Shown here piece after piece: positions 36,214-45,522 of a DNA stretch of 47,810 bases; the first letter of the stretch is position 1, and the number at the start of each line of letters is the position of its first letter. Source of the stretch: Acidobacteriota bacterium (GTDB lineage Bacteria; Acidobacteriota; Thermoanaerobaculia; UBA5066); NCBI GenBank assembly GCA_037443065.1, contig JBBIPB010000004.1, positions 1 through 47,810 on the forward strand, in the 5' to 3' direction. The notes beneath the pieces were generated by a model. It was not told the DNA's origin and did not search any database. It was given only the letters and a program-made list of their open reading frames with translations. The position numbers and the translations under genes are program-made.

Positions 36214-36897
36214 GTGAACTCTATCCCGCGCGTTCTCGGACGGCTTGTCGCCGTGGCAGCCCTTCTCCTCGCGTTTCCGCTGGCCGCCAAGAGCCCCGCC
36301 TCGAACACCCGGAAGAAGGAGACGAAGGTGAGCAAGACCCGCGACTACGCCCACACGCTCGCGGTCCTCAAGACCTCGCAGGGGGACGTGACGCTCCGGT
36401 TCTTCTACGACAAGGCGCCGAACCACGTGAAGAACTTCATCGACCTCGCGGCGAAGGGGTTCTACGACGGCACGCTGTTCCACCGCGTCATCCCCGCGTT
36501 CATGATCCAGGGGGGCGACCCGAACACGAAGAAGCCCGAGACGCCGGAGAATCGTTACGGGACCGGGGGAAACATGGACGAGACGGGCAAGCCCGTCTAC
36601 GTGAAGGCCGAGTTCAACGATACGGCCCACCGCCGCGGGATCCTCTCGATGGCTCGTTCTTCGAACCCCGACTCGGCTTCCTCGCAGTTCTTCATCTGCG
36701 TCAAGGACTCCCCTTTCCTCGACCGCCAGTACACGGCGTTCGGCGAGGTCGCGAGCGGCATTGACGTCGTGGACAAGATCGTCGCCGCGTCAGAGTACGA
36801 CCCCGCGAGCGGCGGGGCCGGAAAGCCGCGCAGCCCGCAGAAGCTCCTGAAGGTGGAGCTCGTGGACGAGGCCGCGGCGGCCCCCGCCAAGAACTGA
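36214..36897 (+). CDS. Cyclophilin-type peptidyl-prolyl cis-trans isomerase, exported
   Basis: AAGGAGG SD, signal peptide, APNHVKNF, FYDGTLFHRVIPAFMIQGGDP, LSMAR, SQFFI, YTAFG. Confidence 0.93.
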   Translation: MNSIPRVLGRLVAVAALLLAFPLAAKSPASNTRKKETKVSKTRDYAHTLAVLKTSQGDVTLRFFYDKAPNHVKNFIDLAAKGFYDGTLFHRVIPAFMIQGGDPNTKKPETPENRYGTGGNMDETGKPVYVKAEFNDTAHRRGILSMARSSNPDSASSQFFICVKDSPFLDRQYTAFGEVASGIDVVDKIVAASEYDPASGGAGKPRSPQKLLKVELVDEAAAAPAKN

Positions 36898-36904
36898 CCG
36901 CCGC

Positions 36905-37867
36905 GTGACGCCGCCCCCCGTCGCGCCGCCGCTGGCGCCCGAGGAAGAAACGCGTCTCGCCGCGTCCGCACGGCGCTTCTCTCTGGCGCCGGGAGGGGCC
37001 GACGTGCCGCTCGCCGGCGACGCCGGCGCTCGCCGCTACTTCCGGAGGACGACGCCCGGACGGGCGAACGTCCTCGTCGTCCTCTACCCGGAGCCCGCGT
37101 CGGCCGCCCAGGCCAACTGGGCGATGATCGGCGCCGCACTGGCCGCCGCCGGTCTCCGCGTTCCCGGCCTTCTCGACGACGCGCCCGACCTCGGAAGCGC
37201 ACTCGTCGAGGACCTCGGCGACCGCGACCTCGCGGCGGAGATCGAGGACACCAGACCGGGGGATCGCCCGCGCCTCCTCGACGAGGCCGAGGACCTTCTC
37301 TCCGCCCTCCGGACGCTGAACCGGGACGACGCACGCCGCAATCCTCCGTTCGACGCCGCGTTCTTCCTTCGCGAGCTTTCCCAGACGCGACACTGGGCGC
37401 TCGAACGCGGGGGGAGGGAACCGCTTTCGGCAGAAGACGGCGAGACGTGGGACCGGCTTGCCGGCGCCCTCGCCCGCGCCGCCACGGACCCGGCCGCCAC
37501 GGGAGACCCCGTTCCGACCCACCGCGACTTCCACGCGAACAACCTGATGCGCGCGCCCGACGGGAGGCTGGCCCTGATCGATTTTCAGGACCTCCGCTTC
37601 GGGCCGCCGGACTATGACCCGGTCTCCCTCCGTTTCGAACGGGCCGGGGAGAGCGTCCCGTCCGACCCGGCCGCCTACGCCGAGGCGGTCCTCCTCCAGC
37701 GGGCGTGGAAAGTGCTCGGGACGTTCGAGAAGATGCTCGCCCTCGGCCGGCCGATCTACCGGCCCCACCGGGACCGCGCGCGCCGCGTCCTCCGGACGCG
37801 GACGGCACCCGGCGGGCCCTGGGCCGGGCTCCTCCGGTTCCTCGACACCTCCGTCGGGAGGGTATGA
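36905..37867 (+). CDS. APH/ChoK-family kinase, AmgK-like (MurNAc/GlcNAc kinase)
   Basis: LAGDAGARRYFR, LVEDLGD, HRDFHANNLM, IDFQD...GPPDYD, LQRAWKVLGTF. Confidence 0.75.
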   Translation: MTPPPVAPPLAPEEETRLAASARRFSLAPGGADVPLAGDAGARRYFRRTTPGRANVLVVLYPEPASAAQANWAMIGAALAAAGLRVPGLLDDAPDLGSALVEDLGDRDLAAEIEDTRPGDRPRLLDEAEDLLSALRTLNRDDARRNPPFDAAFFLRELSQTRHWALERGGREPLSAEDGETWDRLAGALARAATDPAATGDPVPTHRDFHANNLMRAPDGRLALIDFQDLRFGPPDYDPVSLRFERAGESVPSDPAAYAEAVLLQRAWKVLGTFEKMLALGRPIYRPHRDRARRVLRTRTAPGGPWAGLLRFLDTSVGRV

Positions 37868-37891
37868 TCACGCCTCGTCAAGGAGGCGCGC

Positions 37892-38074
37892 GTGGGTAAC
37901 CTCGGACTCCCGGAACTACTCGTCATCCTCGTCATCGTCGTCCTGATCTTCGGGGCGGGAAAGCTGCCCCAGCTCGGCAAAGGTCTGGGCGAGGGGATCA
38001 AGAACTTCAGGGACTCGATGAAGGAAGGGCAGAAGGGCGACGAGAAGAAGGAAGAGCCGAAGAAGCCGTCGTGA
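37892..38074 (+). CDS. tatA: Twin-arginine translocase subunit TatA
   Basis: [36 protein letters not shown]; AAGGAGG SD. Confidence 0.95.
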   Translation: MGNLGLPELLVILVIVVLIFGAGKLPQLGKGLGEGIKNFRDSMKEGQKGDEKKEEPKKPS

Positions 38075-38117
38075 ACCGGCGCCGATCCCCGTCCGCTCCG
38101 GAGGGGGTCACGTAGTG

Positions 38118-38145
38118 AGGGGGAACCCGAAGCCGGGTTCCCCCT
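38118..38145. terminator. Hairpin between convergent tatA and fis-like genes
   Basis: agggggaacccg-aagc-cgggttccccct, a 12-bp perfect stem with a short T run on the + strand. Confidence 0.6.
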
Positions 38146-38151
38146 TTCCAC

Positions 38152-38385
38152 TTACGAATTGTCGGCGTGGCGCCGCGAGGTCCGGACGGAGAGGAGCGAG
38201 ATCTTCGCGCGGAGCGTGTTGCGGTGGATCCCGAGGGACTTGGCTGCGCGGCCCATGTTGCCGTCGGCCCTCGTGACGGCGGCCGCCACGTACTTCCTCT
38301 CGAATTCCTTCTTCGCCGCCTCGAGGGGAATTCCCTTGGAAACGAGTTCGTCGATGATCCGCTGCAGTTGTCCGTCGATCGTCAC
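38152..38385 (-). CDS. Fis-family small HTH DNA-binding protein
   Basis: FERKYV...GNMGRAAKSLGIHRNTL (HTH_8 signature). Confidence 0.85.
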   Translation of the reverse strand: MTIDGQLQRIIDELVSKGIPLEAAKKEFERKYVAAAVTRADGNMGRAAKSLGIHRNTLRAKISLLSVRTSRRHADNS

Positions 38386-38516
38386 GGGAAGCCTCTCCTA
38401 CTCGACGCCGGTATCTCGACCGCGTTTTCCCTCGAGGCCAACGACGCTATCACGGAGGGAGACGGGCGGGAAGAGTCCGCTTGAATCTCCCAGGAGGCGC
38501 CGGGAAGGAGGCGCGG

Positions 38517-39320
38517 CTACTTCATCTCGACGTGGTCGCCGACATACATCGTGTCCCGCATCGAGGTGATGATCGCCACCGACGTCTTCCTCTTCGTCGT
38601 CAGGATCGAGGCCTCGCCGAGCAGGATCCGGACCGAATACTCGCTGGAGGGAATCCGGTAGACGGAAAAGAAGTCTCCCGGTGCCACACCATCCTCGTCG
38701 CCGACGTCGAGGAAAACGACGCTGTCCTTCGCGATCGGAGTGATCTGATCGACGTCGTCCACGATGTAGCCCGTCACCTTGCCCGTCGTCGGGTCGCACG
38801 AGGAGAGAGGCGCCGTCCGTCTCGCGAGCGGTACCGGGACCGGCTCGAAGGGGAGCAGCGAGTCGCCGACGTTGACGTCGGAGCAGGAGAGGACGATCTC
38901 GGCGATCGCCGAATCGTCCTGCGCGCAGAGGACCCGGACCCGGCCCGGCGTCAGATAGACGCGACCAAGGACGTCGAGGACCGAGCCGTGCTTGTAGACG
39001 GTCCGGGCAGGCCGGACGACCCAGTATTCCTGACCGGCCGAGACGCCCTGCTTCGTCCCGGCGCTGACGTAGACGACGTCTCCCTCGATGAGGCCTTGTT
39101 TGGAGTCGATCCGCTCGGCGCTGAAGATCGAGGCCGGGAAGACGGCCTCTGCGTCGTCGACCCAGCCTGTGCAGTAGACGTCCGCCTCGACCCCGATCGG
39201 CAGCGGGGGCGAGATGGCCGTGGAGGCCGGCGGCGCCGGGGGCTTGTCCGCGGCCACACCGGGGCGGCCCGGCCCCGCGAGGGCCGCGGCAAAAAGGAGA
39301 ACCGAAAGGGGCTTGCGCAC
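38517..39320 (-). CDS. Hypothetical secreted beta-rich protein (FlgT-C-like repeats)
   Basis: Signal peptide; two repeats, VVYVSAGTKQGVSAGQ and VVFLDVGDEDGVAPGD. Confidence 0.6.
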   Translation of the reverse strand: MRKPLSVLLFAAALAGPGRPGVAADKPPAPPASTAISPPLPIGVEADVYCTGWVDDAEAVFPASIFSAERIDSKQGLIEGDVVYVSAGTKQGVSAGQEYWVVRPARTVYKHGSVLDVLGRVYLTPGRVRVLCAQDDSAIAEIVLSCSDVNVGDSLLPFEPVPVPLARRTAPLSSCDPTTGKVTGYIVDDVDQITPIAKDSVVFLDVGDEDGVAPGDFFSVYRIPSSEYSVRILLGEASILTTKRKTSVAIITSMRDTMYVGDHVEMK

Positions 39321-39398
39321 CGGCGACCTCCCGCCGTTTCCCGGCATTTCGACCCTGAACCGGAACCTCAGGGGCGCTGACGTTCGAAGCGCACCAAG

Positions 39399-40232
39399 TT
39401 ACCGCATCCGGGGCGCCGGGTCAAAGCCCAGAGCCGCGGTCTTCTGGGCCGGCTTCGGCTCACCGCGCGGCTGCGGGATCTTCCTGGCGTACTTGCTCCC
39501 GGGAAAATCCTTCGCGAGGCGCTGCCAGCTCTCGCGGGCCTTGGTCTCGTTCCCGAGCTTCCGCTCCACGAAACCGATCTCGTACAGGACCCGATCCAGA
39601 ACTCCATAGTCCGGGTATGCGGTGAGGATCGTCTCGAAGCGTCCCCGGGCCGCCGTCCACCCCTTCCGGTGGTAGTAGTACTGCCCGACGAGGTACTCGT
39701 GCTCGGCGAGGAGGTTCCGGATCCGCTTGAGGCGGACGCGCGCCTCGGTGAGGTACGGCGAGTCCGGGTAGCCGACGATCAGCTCGCGGTAGCTCGAGGC
39801 CGCCAGCCGCGTGTTCGTCTGCTCGCGGTCGGGTTTCTCGGCCTCCTTGTCGGCACACTGGGCGAGGCGAAAGAGCGCATAGTCGGTGCGGGGGCTCGAG
39901 GGATACCGGTTCCGGAAGTCCTTGTACCGGGCCTGCGCTTCGAGGTATCCGAGGGTGGTCCCCTCGGCGAAATAGGAGTCTGCAAGCTTCAGGGCGGCCT
40001 GCCGGCCGATCGGGTCGTTCGCATAGTTCTCGGCCACGAAACGGAGATACTGACGGCCGAGATCCCATTTCTTCTTCGCGATCAGCTCCTCGCCGCGGGC
40101 GTAGGCCTCCTCCTTGGGCATTGTCAGGAGCTCGCGCGTCAGCTTCGCGGACGAGTCTCCCGACGAACAGGCCGACAGCGCGGCCACGAGGAGGAGGAGG
40201 GCGACAGCGGGGCCAAGGGAGCCGGGACGCAT
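39399..40232 (-). CDS. bamD: Outer membrane protein assembly factor BamD
   Basis: Lipobox LSAC, TPR repeats, DREQTNT, YPDSPY, LAEHEYLVGQYY. Confidence 0.9.
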   Translation of the reverse strand: MRPGSLGPAVALLLLVAALSACSSGDSSAKLTRELLTMPKEEAYARGEELIAKKKWDLGRQYLRFVAENYANDPIGRQAALKLADSYFAEGTTLGYLEAQARYKDFRNRYPSSPRTDYALFRLAQCADKEAEKPDREQTNTRLAASSYRELIVGYPDSPYLTEARVRLKRIRNLLAEHEYLVGQYYYHRKGWTAARGRFETILTAYPDYGVLDRVLYEIGFVERKLGNETKARESWQRLAKDFPGSKYARKIPQPRGEPKPAQKTAALGFDPAPRMR

Positions 40233-40249
40233 CGGGACCGGGGAGATTA

Positions 40250-40927
40250 CTACGCCCGGGATTCCCCGGCCGCATTCCGGAGCGCCGCGACGGCGGCGAC
40301 GACGTCTCCTCGTCCGAAGATCGAGGAACCCGCGACGAGGTGCCCGGCCCCGGCTTCCACCAGGGCCCCCGCGTTCCCGGCCGTGACTCCGCCGTCCACG
40401 GCGATCTCGCATACGGCGCCGCGCGACAGGATCAGGTCCGAAAGCTCCCGGACGCGTCCGACCGACCCGGGGAGGAATGACTGCCCTCCCCACCCGGGGT
40501 CGACCGTCATGACGAGGATGAAGTCGACGAAGCGGACCGCCTCGTCGAGAAGGACGAGGGACGTCCCGGGATTGATGGCCACTCCCGGCGAGGCACCGCG
40601 GGCGCGCACATGCTGGGCGAACCGGTGGAGATGGGGCTCCGCTTCCACGTGGACGGCCAGCCGCGCCGCCCCGGCGTCGAGGTACTGCTCGAAGGTACGG
40701 AGCGGCTCCTCGATCATCAGGTGGACGTCGAACGGCAGCCTCGTCGCCCCGCGAAGCGCCTTGAGAACGACGGGGCCGACCGTCAGATTCGGGACGAACC
40801 GGCCGTCCATCACGTCGAAGTGGATCGCGTCGGCGCCCGCCCTTTCGCAGGTGGCGACGGCCTCCGCCAGCCGCCCGAAATCGGCCGAGAGGAGGGACGG
40901 GGCGATCCGCACGCGGGAGTTCGTCAC
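40250..40927 (-). CDS. rpe: Ribulose-phosphate 3-epimerase
   Basis: IAPSLLSADF, HFDVMDGRFVPNLTVG, DVHLMI, MTVDPGWGGQ, VDGG, AGSSIF. Confidence 0.95.
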   Translation of the reverse strand: MTNSRVRIAPSLLSADFGRLAEAVATCERAGADAIHFDVMDGRFVPNLTVGPVVLKALRGATRLPFDVHLMIEEPLRTFEQYLDAGAARLAVHVEAEPHLHRFAQHVRARGASPGVAINPGTSLVLLDEAVRFVDFILVMTVDPGWGGQSFLPGSVGRVRELSDLILSRGAVCEIAVDGGVTAGNAGALVEAGAGHLVAGSSIFGRGDVVAAVAALRNAAGESRA

Positions 40928-41649
40928 GAGGTTCCTTCTCCCGAGGCGACGACGAAGGAGAGGACGTCCTTGCGTGAGACCGGAGCGCCGGCCTGAGGGA
41001 ACTGCCGGAGGATCGTCCCTCGGGCCGTTCCTTCGTACGCCTGCCTCCGGACGCTGCCGACGCGGAAGCCCCGCGCCTCGAAAGCGGTGCGCACCCCCTC
41101 GACGTCGCGGCCGATCAGGTCGGGCATGATCCAGGCCGCCTCCGGGAGTCCTCTGTTCACGAGAAGGCCTTCGTGCCCTCCCGGCGGGACGACGCCTCCG
41201 GGTGACAGGCTCTGGGCGACGACGCCGGTCGGCCCGGAGAGCCGGACCGTGGCGAGGACCGGTTCGGAGAATCCCTGACGGGTGAGCGCGGCCGTGGCGG
41301 CGCGCGGCGACTGGCCGGTGAGGTCGGGCATCCGGAGGAGCTTCGGCCCGAGCGAGAGGAAGAGCCGGACCGTCTGCCCTTCCTTGACGGCCATGTCGGC
41401 AGCGGGCTCCTGGGCGCGGACCCGCCCCGGCGGGACCTTGTCGTCCCAGTCGTCCCGCCCGGGATCCACCTCCGCGGCGAGGCCCAACTCGGTCGCACGC
41501 GCCGTGGCCCCCTCGACCGACAGGTCCCGGAGATCCGGCACGAGCGTCGATTTGCCGGTGACGAAGCGTGAGAACGAGAGCCACGCCGCGACGGCGAGGA
41601 CTCCGGCGAGGAAGAGCGCGTAGAGCACGCGGACGAGGACGCCTCCCAT
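40924..41649 (-). CDS. Membrane-anchored PASTA domain protein (three PASTA repeats)
   Basis: TM followed by VPDLRD, MPDLTG, MPDLIG repeats. Confidence 0.85.
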   Translation of the reverse strand: MGGVLVRVLYALFLAGVLAVAAWLSFSRFVTGKSTLVPDLRDLSVEGATARATELGLAAEVDPGRDDWDDKVPPGRVRAQEPAADMAVKEGQTVRLFLSLGPKLLRMPDLTGQSPRAATAALTRQGFSEPVLATVRLSGPTGVVAQSLSPGGVVPPGGHEGLLVNRGLPEAAWIMPDLIGRDVEGVRTAFEARGFRVGSVRRQAYEGTARGTILRQFPQAGAPVSRKDVLSFVVASGEGTS

Positions 41650-41727
41650 CGCTCTCCGACTTTACCAGCCCTTCCCGAAGATGAGTCATTTGACTCGCAC
41701 CTCCCCGAGACCGAGACTCCTCCTCCC

Positions 41728-42708
41728 GTGACCGGATCCCGCCCTGTGCGCCACGTGCCCGCACTCTCCTCCGCCGAGTTGCCGCTCTCGCGGGCCGATC
41801 TCCATCTCCACACGGACGCCTCGATCTTCAAGTACTTCCGGGCGGGGAACTCCCGCGACTCGTACAACGACCCGGACGAGGCCTACCGTCTCGCGAAGGC
41901 CCGGGGGATGGACTTCGTCACCTTCACGGACCACGACACGGTGGACGGCTGCCTGAAGTTCCTCGACCGCCATCCGGACCGGAACGACTTCTTCGTCTCC
42001 GAGGAGGTCGAAACCTTCTTTCCGAAGAACGGGCAGCGGGCCCACGTGAACGTCTTCGACCTGACGCTGGCCCAGCACCAGGTCATCTCGAAGAAGCGCC
42101 GGAACATCTTCGACCTCGTCGACTACCTCCGCTCCGAACGGCTCCTCTACTCGGCCAACCACCTCTTCCAGTCGTACCGGGTGCGGCAGGCCCCTGAGGA
42201 CTTCGTCACGACCATGCTGACGCTTTTCGACGTCTTCGAGGTGAAGAACGGTTCGATGGCCTACCAGCACAACGCCCTCGTGGCCGACCTTCTCGGCGTC
42301 GCGCGGCAGAAGCACGGGTCGCTCGCGCTCGTGGGCGGGTCCGACGCGCACACGTACCCTCCAATCGCGTCCGTCTTCACGCTCGCGCCGGGGAAGACGT
42401 GGAAGGAGTTCCTCGCGGCGGTCCGGCAGGGACGCTGCCTCGCGTGGGGGACGGAGATGGGGTTCCGGAGCGTCCTCGGGGACGTCTACGAGAACCTCGG
42501 CAAGTACTACAAGTCCGTCACGCGATTCCGGAACCCGGAGTACACAGCGGCCGAGAAGGCACGGCACTTCGTCATCGCGGCGGCCTCGATCCCCTTCAAC
42601 GTGGCCGGAGTCCCGGCGGCCATCTACTCGCTCAACTACGCCAAGCAGCTCGCCGTGACGCGACGCCTGAAGTCCCGCTTCCGGCGGCGCGGCGTCCCGG
42701 ACGCGTGA
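41728..42708 (+). CDS. PHP-domain metal-dependent phosphoesterase
   Basis: ADLHLHT, FVTFTDHD, SEEVE, NH, EVKNG, GGSDAH. Confidence 0.85.
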   Translation: MTGSRPVRHVPALSSAELPLSRADLHLHTDASIFKYFRAGNSRDSYNDPDEAYRLAKARGMDFVTFTDHDTVDGCLKFLDRHPDRNDFFVSEEVETFFPKNGQRAHVNVFDLTLAQHQVISKKRRNIFDLVDYLRSERLLYSANHLFQSYRVRQAPEDFVTTMLTLFDVFEVKNGSMAYQHNALVADLLGVARQKHGSLALVGGSDAHTYPPIASVFTLAPGKTWKEFLAAVRQGRCLAWGTEMGFRSVLGDVYENLGKYYKSVTRFRNPEYTAAEKARHFVIAAASIPFNVAGVPAAIYSLNYAKQLAVTRRLKSRFRRRGVPDA

Positions 42709-43610
42709 CGCCCTTGCGGCGCCCGGAGGTGCCCCTTGTCGGGGCGCACATGAGCGCGGCGGGGGGCCTCGCGAAGGCCGTCGAGCGGGCGGTCGGCGTC
42801 TCCTGCCGCACCCTCCAGGTCTTCACGAAGAACGCAAGCCAGTGGGCCGGCAAGGCGCTGGACCGCCAGGACTCCGCCGCCTTCCGCGCGGCGGCAAACG
42901 CCGCCGGGATCAAGCCTCTCGTCTCGCACGCGGCCTATCTCATCAACCTCGCGTCCCCGGACGGCGTCACGCGGAACCGCTCCCTCTCGGCCCTCCTGGA
43001 CGAGATCCGGAGGTGCGACGTGGCGGGGATCCCGTATCTCGTCCTCCACCCGGGTTCGCACGGCGGAGACGGCGAGGAGATCGGCCTCGACCGGATCGCC
43101 CGGGGGCTCGACGAGGCGGCGAAGAAGACGCCGGGCTCGAAGACGACGATCCTCCTCGAGACGGCCGCCGGGCAGGGGGCCTGCCTCGGGCACACGTTCC
43201 ACCAGCTCGCGGAGATCCGGCGGCGCGCCTCGGCGAAGGTCCGCATCGCCTTTTGCCTCGACACCTGCCACGTCTGGGCCGCCGGGTACGACGTCGTGAC
43301 GAAGGACGGCTGGCGGGCGATGCTGGAGGAGGCAGAGCGGACGATCGGTCTTCCGCGGATCCGGGTCGTCCACGCGAACGACTCGAAGAAGGGGCGCGGA
43401 TGCCGCGTCGACCGCCACGAGCGGATCGGCCTCGGCACGATCGGTGAGGCGGGTTTCGCGAACCTCATGACCGAGCCCGCGTTCACGAAAATCCCGAAGA
43501 TCCTCGAGACGCCGAAGGACGAGACCGGCGACTGGGACCGCGAGGGCCTCGCCGCCCTCCGTCGGCTGGCCCGGGTTCACGGCGCGCTGAGCGATGGAAT
43601 TCAGCCATGA
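42705..43610 (+). CDS. nfo: Endonuclease IV (AP endonuclease)
   Basis: GAHMS, HAAYLINL, HPGS, LETAAGQG, CLDTCH, HANDSK, DRHE, ILETP; GTGA overlap with the PHP gene. Confidence 0.93.
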   Translation: MTPLRRPEVPLVGAHMSAAGGLAKAVERAVGVSCRTLQVFTKNASQWAGKALDRQDSAAFRAAANAAGIKPLVSHAAYLINLASPDGVTRNRSLSALLDEIRRCDVAGIPYLVLHPGSHGGDGEEIGLDRIARGLDEAAKKTPGSKTTILLETAAGQGACLGHTFHQLAEIRRRASAKVRIAFCLDTCHVWAAGYDVVTKDGWRAMLEEAERTIGLPRIRVVHANDSKKGRGCRVDRHERIGLGTIGEAGFANLMTEPAFTKIPKILETPKDETGDWDREGLAALRRLARVHGALSDGIQP

Positions 43611-43828
43611 GCGCCATCCCGCCTGACGCCTCGGAGAAGCTCCGGACGACCTTCGACCTCTTCGAAGCGGGACGGGATCTTATGCGCCAGAACCTCCGGC
43701 GCGCCTACTCCGAAGCCTCGGAGGCCGAGATCACGCGGCGGCTGAACGCGTGGCTGCGCGAGCGCCCCGGGGCCGAGGATGGGGATGCCGCAGGGCGCCG
43801 CGTCCCCTGGCCTCGTCCCGGCCCGTGA
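43607..43828 (+). CDS. MenA1 (Rv0078B)-like small antitoxin
   Basis: KLRTTFDLFEAG...AWLRERPGAEDGDAAG matches the MenA1 pattern as I recall it; coupled to the downstream NTase. Confidence 0.75.
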   Translation: MSAIPPDASEKLRTTFDLFEAGRDLMRQNLRRAYSEASEAEITRRLNAWLRERPGAEDGDAAGRRVPWPRPGP

Positions 43829-44231
43829 GCCGGCTTCAGGAGGTCCTGAGAGACATCCTCGCCGCCCTCGAAGGGCTTGACCGGAGATCGGCCATCGTCG
43901 GTGGCATCGCCGTGTCAGTCCAGGCCGAGCCTCGTTTCACGCGCGACATCGATCTCGCTGTTTCCGTTTCGGACGACGTGGAGGCTGAACGTCTCGTTCG
44001 GCAGCTTCAAGAGCGAGGCTATCGACCTCTCGTCGTCGTGGAGCAGACCGCCATGCGACGGCTCGCCACCGTCCGATGGACCGGGCCGATCTCATCGCGC
44101 TGCTCCGGACCGCCTCGAATGCGGACCTCGACGAGGCGCGGGAAGCGCTTCACCTGATCTCGGAGCGCGGCTACGCCCGCGACAAGAACCTTCTCGGCGA
44201 TCTCGAGATATTGCTCACGAGCCCCGGCTGA
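43825..44231 (+). pseudogene. MenT1 (Rv0078A)-like nucleotidyltransferase toxin, internal deletion and frameshift
   Basis: AIVGGIAVS...EPRFTRDID...RRLATVR in one frame; RPMDRADLIALL...ERGYARD in another frame from about 44070 to TGA 44231. Confidence 0.8.
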
Positions 44232-44261
44232 ACGTACGCGCGGCCCTCGCCACCGGGGCCT

Positions 44262-45518
44262 TCAGGCCGTGGTGGACTCCTTCTTCGGGTCCTTCCGCGG
44301 GTACTTCGTCGCGACGTAGTCGTCGATGAGGGCCCGGAAGGCGGTCGAAAGCTCGTCGTAGTTCCCCTTGAGCGTCGTGAACTTCTGGCCATCGACGTAG
44401 ACGGGGCAGCTCGGGGCCTCGCCGGTGCCCGGGAGGCTGATGCCGATGTTCGCGACCTTCGACTCCCCCGGCCCGTTCACGATGCATCCCATGACGGCGA
44501 GGGTCATCGTCTCGACGCCGTCGTACGTCCGCTTCCACTCGGGCATCTTGTCGCGGACGTAGCCCTCTATCCGCTCGGCCAGCTCCTGGAACGTCGAAGA
44601 CGTCGTCCGGCCGCACCCCGGACAGGCCGTGACGGACGGGGCGAACGACCGGAGGCCGAGCGACTGGAGGAGCTCGCACGCGGCGTAGACCTCCTCCCGC
44701 CGGTCGCCGCCGGGGCGCGGCGTGAGAGAGACGCGGATCGTGTCGCCGATTCCCTCCCCGAGGAGGATCCCCATCGCGGCCGCCGACCAGACGAGCCCCT
44801 TCGTCCCCATCCCGGCTTCCGTGAGGCCGAGGTGGAGCGGCTGATCCGTCCGGCGGGCGAGGTCGCGATAGACGGCGACGAGGTCCCGGGGCTTCGAGAG
44901 CTTGCAGGAGACGATGATCTGGCTCTTCGTCAGGCCGCACTCGAGGGCGAGATCGGTCGACTCGAGGGCCGAGAGGACCATGCACTCGCCCACGATCTCC
45001 TCGGACGTCTTCCCGAGGTCGCGGTCCGTGTTCTCCTGCATCTTCCGCATCACGAGCTCCTGGTTCAGCGAGCCGCCGTTGACACCGATGCGGACCGGCT
45101 TTCCGTGGTCCACGGCCACCTTGCAGATCGTCGCGAACTGCTCGTCGCGGAGTCGCCCCGTGCCGACGTTTCCGGGATTGATCCGGTACTTCGCGAGGAC
45201 CTCGGCGCAGGCGGGGTACCTCGTCAGGAGGATGTGCCCGTTGTAGTGGAAATCGCCGATGAGGGGGACGTCGCACCCGGCGCCGTGGAGGCGCCTCGCG
45301 ATCTCCGGCACCGCCGCGGCCGCCTCCGGGACGTTCACGGTGACCCGGACCAGCTCGGAGCCCGCCCGCCAGAGCTCGAGGCACTGCGTCGCCGTCGCCG
45401 CCGCGTCCGCGGTGTCGGTCATCGTCATCGACTGGACGACGATGGGCGCGCCACCGCCGACCGCGACCGTCCCGACCTTCACGGGGACGGTGGCGCGGCG
45501 GGAGGAAGGAGACGTCAT
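44262..45518 (-). CDS. ispG: 4-hydroxy-3-methylbut-2-en-1-yl diphosphate synthase
   Basis: [55 protein letters not shown]. Confidence 0.96.
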   Translation of the reverse strand: MTSPSSRRATVPVKVGTVAVGGGAPIVVQSMTMTDTADAAATATQCLELWRAGSELVRVTVNVPEAAAAVPEIARRLHGAGCDVPLIGDFHYNGHILLTRYPACAEVLAKYRINPGNVGTGRLRDEQFATICKVAVDHGKPVRIGVNGGSLNQELVMRKMQENTDRDLGKTSEEIVGECMVLSALESTDLALECGLTKSQIIVSCKLSKPRDLVAVYRDLARRTDQPLHLGLTEAGMGTKGLVWSAAAMGILLGEGIGDTIRVSLTPRPGGDRREEVYAACELLQSLGLRSFAPSVTACPGCGRTTSSTFQELAERIEGYVRDKMPEWKRTYDGVETMTLAVMGCIVNGPGESKVANIGISLPGTGEAPSCPVYVDGQKFTTLKGNYDELSTAFRALIDDYVATKYPRKDPKKESTTA

Positions 45519-45522
45519 CGGG

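Noticed and set aside
34378-36630. 750-aa ORF as a single fusion protein
   Set aside because: The upstream part overlaps the EcsC-like gene out of frame and the cyclophilin gene antisense. Only the region from about 35526 has oxidoreductase motifs.
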